From positions 41,230,001 through 41,294,000 of the forward strand of contig NC_043004.1 in the NCBI RefSeq assembly GCF_006345805.1: a stretch of DNA of 64,000 nt. Direction: 5' to 3'. The translations under genes and the position numbers were made by a program. How positions within the stretch are numbered: the first letter of the stretch is position 1; the number at the start of each line of letters is the position of its first letter. The notes below the pieces were generated by a model that did no database searches, was not told the origin of the DNA, and saw nothing but the letters and a program-made list of their open reading frames with translations. Below, piece after piece: positions 11,007 through 24,653 of this stretch. This stretch comes from Octopus sinensis. Its lineage: Eukaryota.

Positions 11007-12775
11007 AATTTTATATATATATATATATATTCATAAGGTGGCAAGCTGGCAGAATCCTTAGTATGTCAGGTAAAATGCTCAGCAACATTTCACCCATCTT
11101 TAAGTTTTGAGTTCAAATACTGCTGAGGCCAACTTTGCTTTTGGAGTTGATATAGTAAGTACCAGTTGAACAGTAAAGTTGATATAATCAACCATCACCC
11201 TCCTTCAAAAATTGCTGGCCTTATACCAACATTTGAAACTAATACTACATACACACATTAGCTGATGGAATCATTAGCACTCCAGGAAAAATGCTTAGTG
11301 GCATTTCATCTGTCTTTATGTTCTGAGTTTCAAATTCTGCCTTACATTCGCAGTTGATAAAATAAGTTGAATATCGGGGTCAATATAATTGACTATCCCC
11401 CTTCTCCAAAATTGCTGGCTTTGTGCCTGCATTTGAAACCAATGTCACACACACACATGTACTTGCGCGCACGTGTGTGTGTGTGTGTGGTTAAGAAGTT
11501 TGCCTCTCAAACATGTGGTTTAGGGTTCAGATCTGCTGTGTGGCACCTTAGGCAAGTGTCATCTGCTATTGCTCCAGGTTGTTCAAAGCCTTGTGAAATA
11601 GTTTGGTGGACAGAAACTAAAAGAAGACCATTATATATAGACACATATATATGTGTGTACATAAGTGTGTATTTGTATTTATACCTGCAATCATTTGGAT
11701 GGAAGAGCAGTGGGCTGTGTTGTTGTCAGTTTCTCTTGTCAACAAACCATTAGGGCAACTCTTGCCTTCAAAGCTGTGTGGCATACACCCCCTCCACATG
11801 CTTTTATAATTAAAATTCATATTCTGTTTTATTATGGTTTCTCCTCATTTTGTACCTTTAAGAGGAGAAAAATTAAGAAAAGTAATGAGATGATTTTTCA
11901 GAAACAGTAGAACACTAATTATCAGTCTTTTGTCAGGAAACATGATGTATGTAATTAAAGGACAATGTTGGGAACATAAGAAATGCCTAAAACAAAGACG
12001 AGACATACTGAAAAATGAAAGGAAAGACCAACAGAAGTCTGCTATGACATCTTTGAGGTGCAAGCACCAAAAGAGATTGAGCCTCATAGAAACAGCAGTG
12101 GAAAAAGGAAATAGACTGTACACTTAAAACTAATGCCAAAGCAAAAAAGATATTAAATCCAAAAAAAGAGAGAGGGGGGGGGGATAAAGAAAAAAAAATC
12201 AATTTCACTTCTTATGGGAGATGATGTGATGAGAGTCATGACAGCCCTTTGTGAAAAATAGACTGGACCAAGTGATTATAAATAGTAGCAGTTGAAGTGA
12301 AGTTTGTGTGCTAGTTCGAGTTGAGTTCGCAGTGGATTCATGAAGAGGTTGTTGGATTATTACATTATTATGGCTGCATTGTTATCTTGTTTACTGTTAC
12401 AACACCGGTACAGTGTATATAAACCATCCATCACAATAGTAGCAGTACCATGGCATTTGGAGATGGAGGATACAACAGATACTGTTAACTGGTCGAAGCC
12501 CTTTCACTTCATTTATGTAACCTGGAGTCAAGAAAATACACAGGCCCTTTTTCATCTCTCAAATTTAATTCTTTATAGTCATGATACATCACCACAACGA
12601 TGATGATCTTCAATTTAACACCTTCTTTTCTATGCTTGAATGGATCAAATGGAATTTGTTGAGGTGGATATTCTATGACTGGATGCCCATCCTGTCACCA
12701 ACACTAACATGTTTCCAAGCAGGGTAACATTTCCCAATGGCCAGACTTTTACAGATGACTGGAAATGAACAACCT

Positions 12776-13190
12776 GGATCTTTTCGGTTTGAACGGCAGT
12801 TTTTAACATAATTTCTAGGTAACTAAAAATTTTAAACTTCATATACTGGTAGAATGTGTTTATAAAACATCTTTTATAGGGAAAATTCTATAGTTTGTAA
12901 GATATTTGGTGTCTTTTTTTCTTCAATTTCTGCAATTTCAACCAATCACTGACGTCTATTGAGGTAAAAATCATTCAGTACCATATGAATATGTCCCTTG
13001 TTTAAGAAACAGATTGGGTTTATTTACATTTGTGAAGAAAAAAAGATACCCTTCCCCCAACTCCTAACCCTAACTAACCCTAACCCTAAAACAGATTGAA
13101 ATGCAATAGATCGATACTAGGGTCATAATAATGGGTGACAATTTCATATGACACCGCTAGAAAAAACTGCCGTTCAAACTGAAAAGATCC
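12776..13190. mobile_element. Merlin-like MITE (family D), complete
   Basis: GG-terminal TIR of about 29 bp; 8-bp TSD AACAACCT/TACAACCT. Confidence 0.85.
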
Positions 13191-13283
13191 TACAACCTTA
13201 TTAGTGTGATGATGATGCTCACTGACAACTATCAGATGATGCCTAGATAAGGGCACTCACACACACACACACACACACATTCT

Positions 13284-13653
13284 CTAGAAAAACGCCGCCG
13301 CCGTGGTGATCTCATTCTTGCTCACAACATCATAAGCAGAAAGTGTAACCTCTCGAAAGAGCTGTTCTTCACTCCTGCTCCAGAGAGTCGGCTGCGGGGT
13401 CACTCCGAAAAGCTCTATCTGCGACGATTTCATCTCAATCGAAGGAGAGGGGCTTTCTCCGTCCGGGTTGTGGATCCGTGGAATAAGCTGCCGGACGAGA
13501 TATTGAAGATGCCGATGACCACTCGGTTCAAAGTCTCTCTTGACCAGAAATGGCCTGAATTCTTTGCATGAACACCACCCTGTACATAACTCCATGTCCC
13601 CCTACATGGCTTTGCTTTTTGCTTTTTGAGCCAAAAAATTAACTTAACTTAAC
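13284..13653 (+). mobile_element. CR1-group LINE 3' fragment
   Basis: LEKRRRRGDLILAHNII...RLRGHSEKLYLRRFHLNRRRGAFSVRVVDPWNKLP...FA* (13284-13571), 3'UTR and (AACTT)n tail. Near-identical to 62426-62992. Confidence 0.9.
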
Positions 13654-14149
13654 ACACACACACACGCACACAAGAATCTTTCAGTTTCTTTCTACCTACC
13701 AAATCCACTCAAAAGGCTTTGGTTGACCCAGGGACATAGTAAAAGACTCTAGTCTAAGGTGCCAAGCAATGAGATTGAAACCAAGACCACATGTTTGGGA
13801 AGCAAGCTTCTGACTACACAGCCAGATGCTGACCTTTGAATGTTCATAAGTAGAAGTATATGCTTGCTAGTATTCACTGGCTAAATTATAATGCCATGAG
13901 AAGTATCTGCCACAGCAAACAGGTTTCTTATACCTACTACTAGTTTTCTAATTCTCTCGGTACTTTTGGCAAGATGAGTGACCACATCCTGACATACAAC
14001 TTATATCAAGTTTGAATAATTCAGAGTCTTAAGATATCAGCATATTAAGGCTTGCCAAATGCTCATGGGTCAGCTGACTGCATAGAGGCAACTTCCTCCA
14101 TATTGCTCATTATGTTGATCAAATACAGGAAGTCAGATTTTAGAAATTT

Positions 14150-14510
14150 ATAGAAGAATATAATAGAATATAGAAGAATATAGGAATATAAGAATATAGA
14201 ATATAGAATATAATATAGAAAATAGAATATAAGAATATAGAAGAATATAGGAATATAAGAATATAGAATATAGAATATAATATAGAATATAGAAGAATAT
14301 AGGAATATAAGAATATAGAATTAGAATATAGAATATAAGAATATAGAAGAATATAGGAATATAAGAATATAGAATTAAAATATAGAATATAGAATATAAT
14401 ATAGAATATAGAATATAAGAATATAGAAGAATATAGGAATATAAGAATATAGAATAAAAATATAGAATAAAGAATAGAATATAGAATATAAGAATATAGA
14501 AGAATATAGG
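14150..14510. repeat. Compound (AGAAT/AATAT)n minisatellite with higher-order units
   Basis: Direct reading. Confidence 0.9.
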
Positions 14511-14631
14511 ACGTTAAATGATGATGATGATGATGACGATGATGATGATAGTAGAATAAGACGTGAAGGATAAAAATAATAATAATGAACTGTCTGTTGC
14601 AAAATAGTTATTACTTGCGTAATAGGGTAGG

Positions 14632-15038
14632 ATGTATGGCTCAGAAACCTGGACATTATCAAAGAAGCTTGAGAGGCAGTTGGATGGAACGTACACTCGC
14701 CTCCTTATGAGAGCTCAAAATCTCTCGTGGAAGCGTCATCCAACCAAAATGCAAAGATATGGGAAACTACCACCTGTGTCATCTCTTGTGAAAGGTAGGA
14801 GAGTCCAGTTTGCTGGACATTGTTGTAGAGCTGAAAACGAGGCAATTTCTACTCTTCTCCTCTGGAAGCCATCTACTCGTGATACCAGAGGGCGCACACT
14901 CTCCTACCCTGATGTAATCTCCAGGGATACAGGCATCCAGCAACAGGACCTCCGTAATGCTATGATGGACCGTGAAGTCTGGCGTAGCATGGTAAATTCC
15001 ATTGTCTCGACCACGGTCGAACAATGATGATGATGATG
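14632..15038 (+). mobile_element. RTE-clade LINE 3' fragment
   Basis: YGSETWTL...LMRAQNLSW...RRVQFAGHC...DREVWR motifs, stop at 15027, (TGA)n tail. Confidence 0.9.
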
Positions 15039-15716
15039 TGTTTATGTTTTATTGGCTTCAAATTTTGGCACAAGGCAAGCAATTTGGTGGGAAGTGGCTA
15101 GTCACTTAAAACGATCACAGTGCTCAGCTGGTACTTATTTTGTCAATCCTGAAAGGATGAAGACAAAGTTGACCCAAAGCTGAATTTGAACTCAGAGTGT
15201 AAAGATGGATGAAATGCTGCCAAGCATTCTACCTGGAATGCAAAGGATTCTGCTAGCTCACCACCTTGTTTATATGTGTTATTAACAACTTTTTGTTATA
15301 TTGTAATATATACCAGTCTCTATGCATGAAACAGCAGCCAAGACGTCCCTAAAATTACAGTTTTCATTATCTGTTAACATTGACTTTCCATGCTGGCATG
15401 GGTTGGACAGTTTGATAGGAGCTGTCAAACAAGAAGACTGTGTGCCAAGTTCTACAATTTGCAGTGGCACGGTTTTTATGGTTGGACACTTTTCCTAATA
15501 TGAACCATTTTACAGGGTGTACTGGGTGATTTTTTACATAGAACCAGTGCCGTCGAGGTCAACAAATACTTTGCCAGAAAAAAAAGCAAACCCTCTACCG
15601 AGTGGGTAGTAGTATTGAGGGAGGTGGCTTTGTGCCAGGTGATGAGAGGTTACGGGTATCATATAGGGACAGAAACAGGTGTCTTGCAGGCGAAGAGAAA
15701 CATGGCTATCCTGTCG

Positions 15717-15750
<34 letters not shown>

Positions 15751-16065
15751 GACAGAGAGAGAGAGAGACAGAGAGACAGAGTTAGGAGGAGAAGATGGTG
15801 AAGACGTGCCAGGGTAGTACACATTGAAATAATGTAATCCTATAGATACACTTTATGGAAATACCATTGGAATGGGCAAGGATGCAATATCTGTTCAATT
15901 AAATGGCTAATCCATGGTCGAACAATATAATATTGTAGTGAGGGCTCACTCCAAAAGGTGAGAGCACTTTGTGTAAATGTATCACCACTATTATTAAAAG
16001 CTATTATTCATTGGAAGAAATACTAAGACAGTAAGAGATCCCAGAGCATATATATATATATATAT

Positions 16066-16226
16066 ATATTAATAAATAAAACATATGCATATATATAAAC
16101 ATATATGTACGTGCCTACCTCTACATGTACATATACACGCATATATGAGTACAGGACACCAAAAAGACGTCGAACACAATGAGAAACGAAAACATAGACA
16201 CAAACCCAAGGAACTGGACATTTTTT
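16066..16226 (-). mobile_element. Penelope-like terminal fragment next to (TA)n
   Basis: Reverse complement of 50410-50560; both copies abut (TA)n. Class assignment is inference. Confidence 0.45.
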
Positions 16227-16525
16227 ATATATATATATGTACTAAAGTAGAAACATGAAACAATTAAAATGATTCTGTGTCAAGAGTTAGTTTCCTGAAG
16301 TAACAGAAAAAAAAAAACCAAACAAACAAAAAATACCCTTTTGACTAGTTTGAAAAATCATTTAATGTAGAACCAAGCAACCATCATTATCATAACCACT
16401 TCCTTATTACTCTCAAAACTATCTGAAACACTATATTAAGTAAACTTTAAAATGATGCAATGTGGTACTATTAAGTGTTTATAGCAAAACCCAAATGGCA
16501 TTACTTTCAATTAACTCACACACAG

Positions 16526-16564
<39 letters not shown>

Positions 16565-17674
16565 TAATAATAATAATAGTAATCCTTTCTATTATAGGCA
16601 CAAGGCCTGAAATTCGTGTGGAGGTGGATAGTTGATCACATCGACCCTAGTACTTGACTGCTACTTAATTTATCAACCACGAAAGGATGAAAGGCAAATT
16701 TGACCTCAGTGGAATCTAAGCGCAGAATGTAAAGGCAAAGAAAATGCTACTAAGCATTTTGTCTGTTTTTTTTATCGATTCTGTCAGCTCATTATCTTAA
16801 TAATGATAATAATAATAATAATGAATTGTGGCACAAGGTACTGCCCCAGCATGTCCACACTCCAGTAAAGAAATAAAAGACAAATCTATAAGATATAGAA
16901 TTTAATAATATGCAATGCAAAACATTTTCATCATCATCATCATCATCATCACCATCATCATCATGATCATCCAGTGTTTTAAATCTGGGTTTTTGTCGCC
17001 GTTAACGGGGGTGGTCGGATCTACCTCAATGCCATAGCAGCCAAGGTAGGCAGGTGCAGCCCACCCCAACCATTGTTCTGGCTGGCTGCTGCCCATTCTC
17101 CTTTGCTATCATAAAACATTTTTGGAGCTGGATTTTCTATGGGGAGTATGCCTTTGCTTATCCCCAACCTTGTTTTCTAGACATGAGTAGTCCCAAGACC
17201 AAGGCTTCTACCATGATTTTTAAGAAATGTGGAGGAAAACTAGCTCAGGAAGGCAGGAACACTACTCCCTGAGACCCCTTTTGGAGCTCCCCTACCAAAA
17301 TGCAAAACATTTTATTAACCCCAAAAGGATGAAAGGCAAAGTCAATATTAGTGGAATTTGAACTCGGAACTTAAAGACAGATAAAATGTTGCTAAGTATT
17401 TTGCCTGATGTGCTAACAACTTTGTCAGCTCATTGTCTTAGAAACTGTAGAGATATTTTTTTTTCACTCTAGGTATAAGGCCCAAAAGTTTTGGGGAGAG
17501 GGCCAGACGATTAGCTGGTCTACCAAATCCACTCTATGGTAGACTGGGAAAGTGTCTTCTGCCATAGCTCTGAGTTGATCTCTATGATATGAGCACAATT
17601 TGGCTGACAAAAACACTTTACAGAAACCTACACATGCACCTGCTTATGCATCCAAACAAATATATATATATATT

Positions 17675-17890
17675 GGAGGCGCAATGGCCTAGTGGTTAGG
17701 GCAGTGGACTTGCGGTCGGAGGATCGCGGTTTCGATTCCCAGACCGGGCGTTGTGTGTGTTTATTGAGCGAAAAAAACACCTAAAAGCTCCACGAGGCTC
17801 CGGCAGGAGGTGGTGACCCCTGCTGTACTCTTTCACCACTCTAAAGGCGGTGCTCCAGCATGGCCGCAGTCAAATGACTGAAACAAGTAC

Positions 17891-17918
<28 letters not shown>
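17675..17918 (+). mobile_element. Chimeric SINE: family C tRNA head plus family A tail plus poly(A)
   Basis: 17675-17840 matches 36353 onward; 17841-17890 is TAAAGGCGGTGCTCCAGCATGGCCGCAGTCAAATGACTGAAAC. Confidence 0.8.
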
Positions 17919-17922
<4 letters not shown>

Positions 17923-18081
17923 TACACATAATAATGCATGCATACACATACTTCCACCTGCATGCACGCATGCACACATTATGATATCTAAGTGGTTGTT
18001 ATGATATTATAAATCAACAGTACAAAGAAATCAAATGCCACTCCCTTTAACAAAAACCTCAATAGCATAACCACCACTCAC

Positions 18082-18289
18082 ACTCCATACATACATTCAA
18101 AGCAGTTTATCAACAGAGTTTCAGCCACAGCACATTTCTTGATACACTCAGTGGCTACTACTAACTTGCAGGCCATGACAGACAGAAAGGATGTACTTGA
18201 AGCCCAGAATTTGAATTTACAGAGACAATATCTATACTTTGCCATCCCATAATGCAGAGAAAAGGTTACATAACCAAATATCTGCAAGC
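18082..18289 (-). other. Candidate internal exon, product unknown
   Basis: ttctccag| acceptor, |gtgagt donor, 208 nt, one open frame (LQIFGYVTFSLHYGMAKYRYC...CFECMYG). Confidence 0.25.
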
Positions 18290-18519
18290 CTGGAGAACTA
18301 TGTTGTGTGGAAACAATTGTAGTGATTACAAATAAATGTCCAACTGTATGTGTTTCTCGTTGACTCCAACTAATTCAATTATCCATTCACACACTACAGA
18401 AGCCCCAGCACAAATCTAGCAGTACATATAATACAACTGGATAATACTGGGGGAAATCTGAAGGTGGACAAGCATTATATTGTATTCTATTACGTTCTTA
18501 ACAGAATATAACATAACTA

Positions 18520-18593
<74 letters not shown>

Positions 18594-18604
18594 ATATATA
18601 TATC

Positions 18605-18998
18605 TTTTACACTTTTACTTGTTTCAGTCATTTGACAGTGGCCATGCTGGAGCACTGCCTTTAGTCGAGCAAATTGACCCCAGGACTTATTCTTTGTAAG
18701 ACTAGTACTTACTCTTATCGGTCTCTTTTGCCGAACCGCTAAGTTAAGGGGACGTAAACACACCAGCATCGGTTGTCAAGCACAACACACAAACATACAC
18801 ACATACACACAAACATACACACACATATATACATATGTACGACAGGCTTCTTTCAATTTCCATCTATCAAATCCACTCACAAGGCTTTGGTCGCCCCGAG
18901 GCTATAGCAGAAGACACTTGCCCAAGGTGCCACGCAGTGGGACTGAACCTGGAGCCATGTGGTTGGTAAGCAAGCTACTTACAACACAGACACTCCTA
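18605..18998 (-). mobile_element. SINE family A
   Basis: Full match on the minus strand. Confidence 0.85.
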
Positions 18999-19007
18999 CG
19001 CCTATAT

Positions 19008-19057
<50 letters not shown>

Positions 19058-19449
19058 ATGATTATATATATATATGATTATATATATACACACACACATA
19101 CATACATATATAAAACATACTTCATTTACAAGTTATTTGGGAGGAGAATTTATGACTATTTCTGGAGCAAGATTTGAAAATGTCAAAGATAGAAGGAAAC
19201 AGAATAAGAGACATAGATTAATATAAAACTACATACAGAGATTCCAGAATGGGGGTTGTGGTGGGGTTGATACAAATAGAGAGGCAAAAAAAAACCAGAC
19301 AGGCAGGCAAAGTGGTGTAATAACTTTAATTAGTTATTCAAATGAGAGGGGAATATTTGGTGAAGCATCTCTGGTTTCAGATATTCAGATAGATGCTGTC
19401 ATCTTAGTTCAACAAGTTTTAATCAAGAGTCACACTTCCATATAATACA

Positions 19450-19680
19450 TATTTCTTTACTATCCACAAGGTGCTAAACACAGAGGGGACAAACAAGGAC
19501 AGACGAATGGATTAAGTCGATCACATCGACCCCAGTGCGTAACTGGTGCTTAATTCATCGATCCCCGAAAGGATGAAAAGCAAAGTCGACTTTGGCGGAA
19601 TTTGAACTCAGAACGCAGCGGTGGACGAATTACCACAAAGCATTTCGCCCGGCGTGCTAACATTTCTGCCAGCGTGCCAC
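19450..19680 (-). mobile_element. SINE family B with long GTCC/TAGCCCCTTGTGGG tail
   Basis: Same tail as 28941-29010 and 63562-63620. Confidence 0.8.
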
Positions 19681-20420
19681 CAGATACAGTCTGTATCTGT
19701 TCTTTCTTTCTGTATGTTTTTTTTAATTGTTGGTTTAATTATTTCCCAGTCACATGGTTTTGGGTTCAGTCCCACCGCATGGCATCTTGGGGCTTCTACT
19801 ATAGGCCTGAGTCAGACAAAGCCCTGTGAGTGGATTTGGTAGACAGAAACTGAAAGAAGCTCATCATGGGTATGTGTGTGGAGTGTGTGTGTGAATGTGT
19901 GTATGTGTGAGTATATATGTCTGTGTGAGAGTGTGTGTGTCTGTGTGAGAGTGTATGTGTATCTGAGTATGTGTGTATGTGTGAGTGTGTGTATGTGTGT
20001 GTATGTGTGTGTGTGAGTGTCTGTTTGTGTGTGTGTGTGTGTGTATGCATGTGTGTGTGTGTGTATGCATGTGTGTGCACACATGTATATCTATGTGTGT
20101 CTTTGTTGTTTACGTTTGTCCCCACCACCACTGCTTCACAACTGGTGTTGGCTTATGTCCCCAAAAACCTAGTGGTTCAGTAAAAGAGACCAATAGAATA
20201 AGTACCAGGCTTTAAAAAATAGTACTAGGTTCAATTTACTCAACTAAACTCTTTAAGGTGGTGCACCAGAATGGCCACAGTCCAATGACCAAAACAAGTA
20301 AAAAAGATAAGTTTCTAGATGTAATATTACATAATCAGAACTGCCCCACATTCCTTAAAAAGATATTATTGCTATATTCCCCAAATTGTAAAAGCCATAG
20401 TTATTTAGCCCCATGTCAGT

Positions 20421-20729
20421 TGTTGTTGTTTGTTCCTTCTAGAGCCATACCTGGCTCATAAGGGCCGGTTTCCCGGTTTCTTGGCGTATAGGTTCCCCAC
20501 CTGGACGGGACGCCGGTCCGTCACAGGTGAGCTGCAAGATGCAGGAGGAAAGAGTGAGAGAAAGTTGTGGTGAAAGAGTCAGCAGAAGTTCGCCATTACC
20601 TTCTGCCGGAGCTGTGTGGAGCTTAGGTGTTTTTGCTCATAAACACACACATCGCCCGGTCTGCGATTCGAACCCGTGATCCCTCGACCGCGAGTCTGCT
20701 GCTCTAACCACTAGGCCATGTGCTTCCAC
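20421..20729 (-). mobile_element. SINE family C (tRNA-derived)
   Basis: Head GGAAGCACATGGCCTAGTGGTTAGAGC; 12-bp TSD CCCCATGTCAGT at 20409-20420 and 20730-20741. Confidence 0.85.
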
Positions 20730-21744
20730 CCCCATGTCAGTGTGTATTAAGGACTTCATTGTCTAATGTGTTCTTCTTTTCTGAATTTAAGCGTAGGACA
20801 GCATCTGAGAGGAACAGGGCTGCTATTTTCTAAAATATGTCGAGCGACCAGCTAGAGTTCACCTTGTTGGCTCTTAGCTTGAGTTTAAAGAAAGAGAAAC
20901 TGTTGATCATTGAAAGTCTTGAGATGTTGCATATAAAAATATATCTTTTATCTTTTACTTATTTCAGTAATTAACCTACGGCCATGCTGGAGCACCGCCT
21001 TGAATCTTAGTTGAACTAATTGACCTCAGTACTTATTTCCTTTTTATTCTAACGGTCTTTTTTGCCAAACCACTAAGTTACAGGGATGCAAACACACCAA
21101 CACTGGTTGTCAAGCAGTGGAGCGGGGGACAAACACAGACACGAAGACACACACATATCTACGACAGGCTTCCAGTTTCTCTCAACTAAATACACTCACA
21201 AGTCTTTGGTTGGCCTGAGGCTATAGTAGAAGGACTAAGCAAATAAATAAATAAATAAATAAAAAGATATTTTTTGGCACCTAAATTCTTGAAAAATGTT
21301 TATTTTGTAAGGAAAATAATTTTTTATTTTTTAATTTGGAAAGGTGAAACTCAAAGCAGAGAAAGGGTTTTTTAAACCCAATATTTAGATTCTATTGATT
21401 GTAGCTTTGTCTGCTTCAAGATTCACCTTTCCAAAAAAAAAAAGAATTATTTCATATTCCCTTATAGTTTATAAATCCTTATGATGTCAATAGCATACAA
21501 TTCTGATGGATCAGAATAAAACTTTTTAAATGGAGAGAAAAATACAAAGGATTGTTTTGGTCCAACAGTAGACCATCTGTCATGTTTATAGAAGATGAGA
21601 GTTCAAGTCTGACAGGCAGCCTTTGACTTTTTCTATCCACAGGGTTTTTTTAAACCCAGATTTTGTTTGCCTCAAGTTTTACAATTCCAAAAATGAATTA
21701 TTTCACATTCTCTCAAAGTTTACAAATGTATATGACATCAATTA

Positions 21745-22132
21745 CTCTTTTACTCTTTTACTTGTTCCAGTCATTTGACTGCGGCCATGCTGGAGCACCG
21801 CCTTTAGTCGAGCAATCGACCCCGGGACTTATTCTTTGTAAGCCCAGTACTTATTCTATCGGTCTCTTGTACCGAACCGCTAAGTGACGGGGATGTAAAC
21901 ACACCAGCATCGGTTGTCAAGCAATGCTAGGGGGACAAACACAGACACACAAACACACACATACATACATATATACGACAGGCTTCTTTCAGTTTCCGTC
22001 TACCAAATCCACTTACAAGGCATTGGTCGGCCTGGGGCTATAGCAGAAGACACTTGCCCAAGATGCCACGCAGTGGGACTGAACCCGGAACCATGTGGTT
22101 GGTTAGCAAGCTACTTACCACACAGCCACTTG
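21745..22132 (-). mobile_element. SINE family A, young subfamily
   Basis: Near-identical to 58022-58423. Confidence 0.9.
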
Positions 22133-22393
22133 TCTCTCACACATTCCACCCCTTAGTACAATATTTGGCCCACAGTTACAAAACGGTTGTTGATATCCAC
22201 TCAAAATGAAAAAAAAAAATTGTTACATTACACTCTTTACTAATTTCATTGTGCTATGGTCATGCTGTGACAATGCTGTCAAGGTACACATAATGATTAC
22301 AGGTAAGATCATTACCATCAATTCACCGTGAAAAAAGAGTTCACCATGAGGAAAGTTAACCAATAAAATATATCCATACTAATTCACCATTAA

Positions 22394-22612
22394 CCCTTTA
22401 GTGTTCTGATTATTCTATCAAACATAATGCTTATTGATTCCCATTGATTTGAATTAATCATGCATTATCTCATATCTTCAAGATCTTGATGGTGTAATTA
22501 CTTAATGTAGAATAACATTGTAGGGTAGGTGTGAGAGCCTGGATCTGGTCAGTTTGAACATAAAACAGATTAAATATTTTGGCCGGATATGGCCGGTTTA
22601 AATACTAAAGGG
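22394..22612. mobile_element. piggyBac-like MITE
   Basis: TTAA|CCCTTTAG...CTAAAGGG|TTAA. Confidence 0.9.
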
Positions 22613-22847
22613 TTAATAGATAAAAACCATTTTATTAAAAAAATAATAATGGTGAATTGATGACAGTTAACTTACTGGACATGACGCAGTGTATTGAAAT
22701 TATATTTATTAAATGTTTAAATTTTACCATACTTTTGTTCTTTCCGGAGAATTACTTCTATTCTACTCTTTCACTTGAAGAGTATTTTATCCACAATAGA
22801 AAGAATGTAAAGCAAAGTGTAACACAGTAGCATTCGAATTCAGAACA

Positions 22848-22887
<40 letters not shown>

Positions 22888-23558
22888 CGTAACCGACCAG
22901 GCTCTCAGATGTTGCTACACATCGCTGTTCACAATGTGATTCACATTGTTTTAGCCTTTAAATGACGCCATCCTGCTGTCTAAGTGAGCAGGCCAACAGA
23001 AGAAAGAGTAAGAGAAGGTTGTGGCGTAAGAGTGCAGCAGGGATCACCACTGCTGGAGCCTTGTAGAGCTTTTAGGTGTTTTTGCTCAATAAACACTCAC
23101 AATGCCCGGGCGTTGTGAGTGTTATATATATATCTCTTATTATAAAAGGCAGATTTTATCTGCCTCCCTTTGGGAGTTATACAAATCTACAATATAGGAT
23201 TTCTTCAATTACAATTTACCTAGCATTTTTAAGAGTACAACGCATCGCGTCATGCCAGGTCCAGTTTTTAAAATTTAAACTCCAATTAAGCAAAATTTAC
23301 AGAAAACTCACATTCTGGTGTGTGTGTCAAATGCTTTTCTTAGTCTGGTTTACAGCACACGCAAACGCACACACACAGTGTGCAACGAATAAAGTGAAAC
23401 TAGATGTAATATTGTTTCTCTCTATCATGCTGATAGATACATGAGTAAAATGTATGGGAAGCTAACAGATAAGAGTGAGTGAAAATGTTCTTGGAAGAGA
23501 GTAAATTAGCGACAGTATGAAACAGTGTTTATGTATAAACAGACGACACTTATATAAA

Positions 23559-23880
23559 CCCTTTCGTTACCAAACTGCCCGAATTTACCTATTCATATTT
23601 AAATGAGAATATCAGAGTAAATCTCTTTAGTACATTCGTGAAAACACGTATTATACTTCGTAAACACTTCAAATACAGTTTTGTACAAAAATCGAAGTGT
23701 AATTTTAATTCCGTGAATTATGGGAGATTTTTTTCCAAAATTTGTTCCTATTGTGTTTTCAAAATTTGTAATTCTGACAAAAAATGGATACGAATTTCAT
23801 TATATCAAGCAGCGAGTCAGAATTCGAAGGATTTTCTACTGAAGACCTTCATAAATCTAACTCTATGACTGAAAAAAAAA
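23559..23880 (+). mobile_element. piggyBac-like 5' end with start of transposase
   Basis: CCCTTTCGTTACC terminus; ATG at 23784 gives MDTNFIISSSESEFEGFSTED, an acidic N-terminus typical of piggyBac transposases. Truncated where a Helitron begins. Confidence 0.45.
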
Positions 23881-23885
23881 AAGCA

Positions 23886-24275
23886 TCTTTATATAAGAGT
23901 GAAGTTGTGTGTCCCGTTCGATTTAGATTCGTAACTACTCCCACATTTTGCGGTGCAGTTTAACCAAAAGCAGGTATTTTATAGTCGTGATTCATATCGA
24001 GCCCTTCTGGGTATTAGCGCACGTCTACGATGAGTCTACGATTTAAAAAAAAATTACCATCATATTTTTCCATTTTAATGCATTTTTTCGCTTTTATATA
24101 AGGGAAGTAACTCTCTAAAAATATCTACGATGTGTCAACGATTTAAAAAAAAAATTTACCTTAATTTTTTTTCAATTTTTAATGCATTTTTTTGCTATTT
24201 TTTGGCTATAACTCTCTAAAAATGCTTATATAGTTATTTCCCTTACAACCCGAGCAACGCGGGCGATACTGCTAG
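23886..24275 (+). mobile_element. Non-autonomous Helitron
   Basis: A|TC 5' end; subterminal hairpin CCCG-AGCAACG-CGGG; CTAG|T 3' end. Confidence 0.85.
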
Positions 24276-24653
24276 TATATATATATATACAGAATTAGAG
24301 ATCCATTTCAGCTGAGCTTGCCAATTAGCGTCATACTAGGTATTAGGTAACTAGATATTAGATAACAGGGTGATTATCAAAATACATGTGCTAGTTGCCA
24401 TATTTTTTTCTATATCTATCATCTCCAAAGAGCATGTCTATTCATGCATTTAGATAAATACCCTGTTATTTAATATCCAGTATGAAATCAGCTGAGACTG
24501 ATCTATAATTATTGTATACTTTGTTGACAAATATTTGAAAGCCTATTATTTCTGACTTGGGAATTTATACAACTATATAGGTATGAGTGCGTACGTGCGC
24601 ACATGTGTGTGTATGTGTGTGTGCATGCACACATGTGTGTGTGTGGTGTGTAA

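Noticed and set aside
11930-12603. Non-repetitive ORFs of 65-92 aa
   Set aside because: No motifs, splice signals or family resemblance; lengths are within chance expectation.
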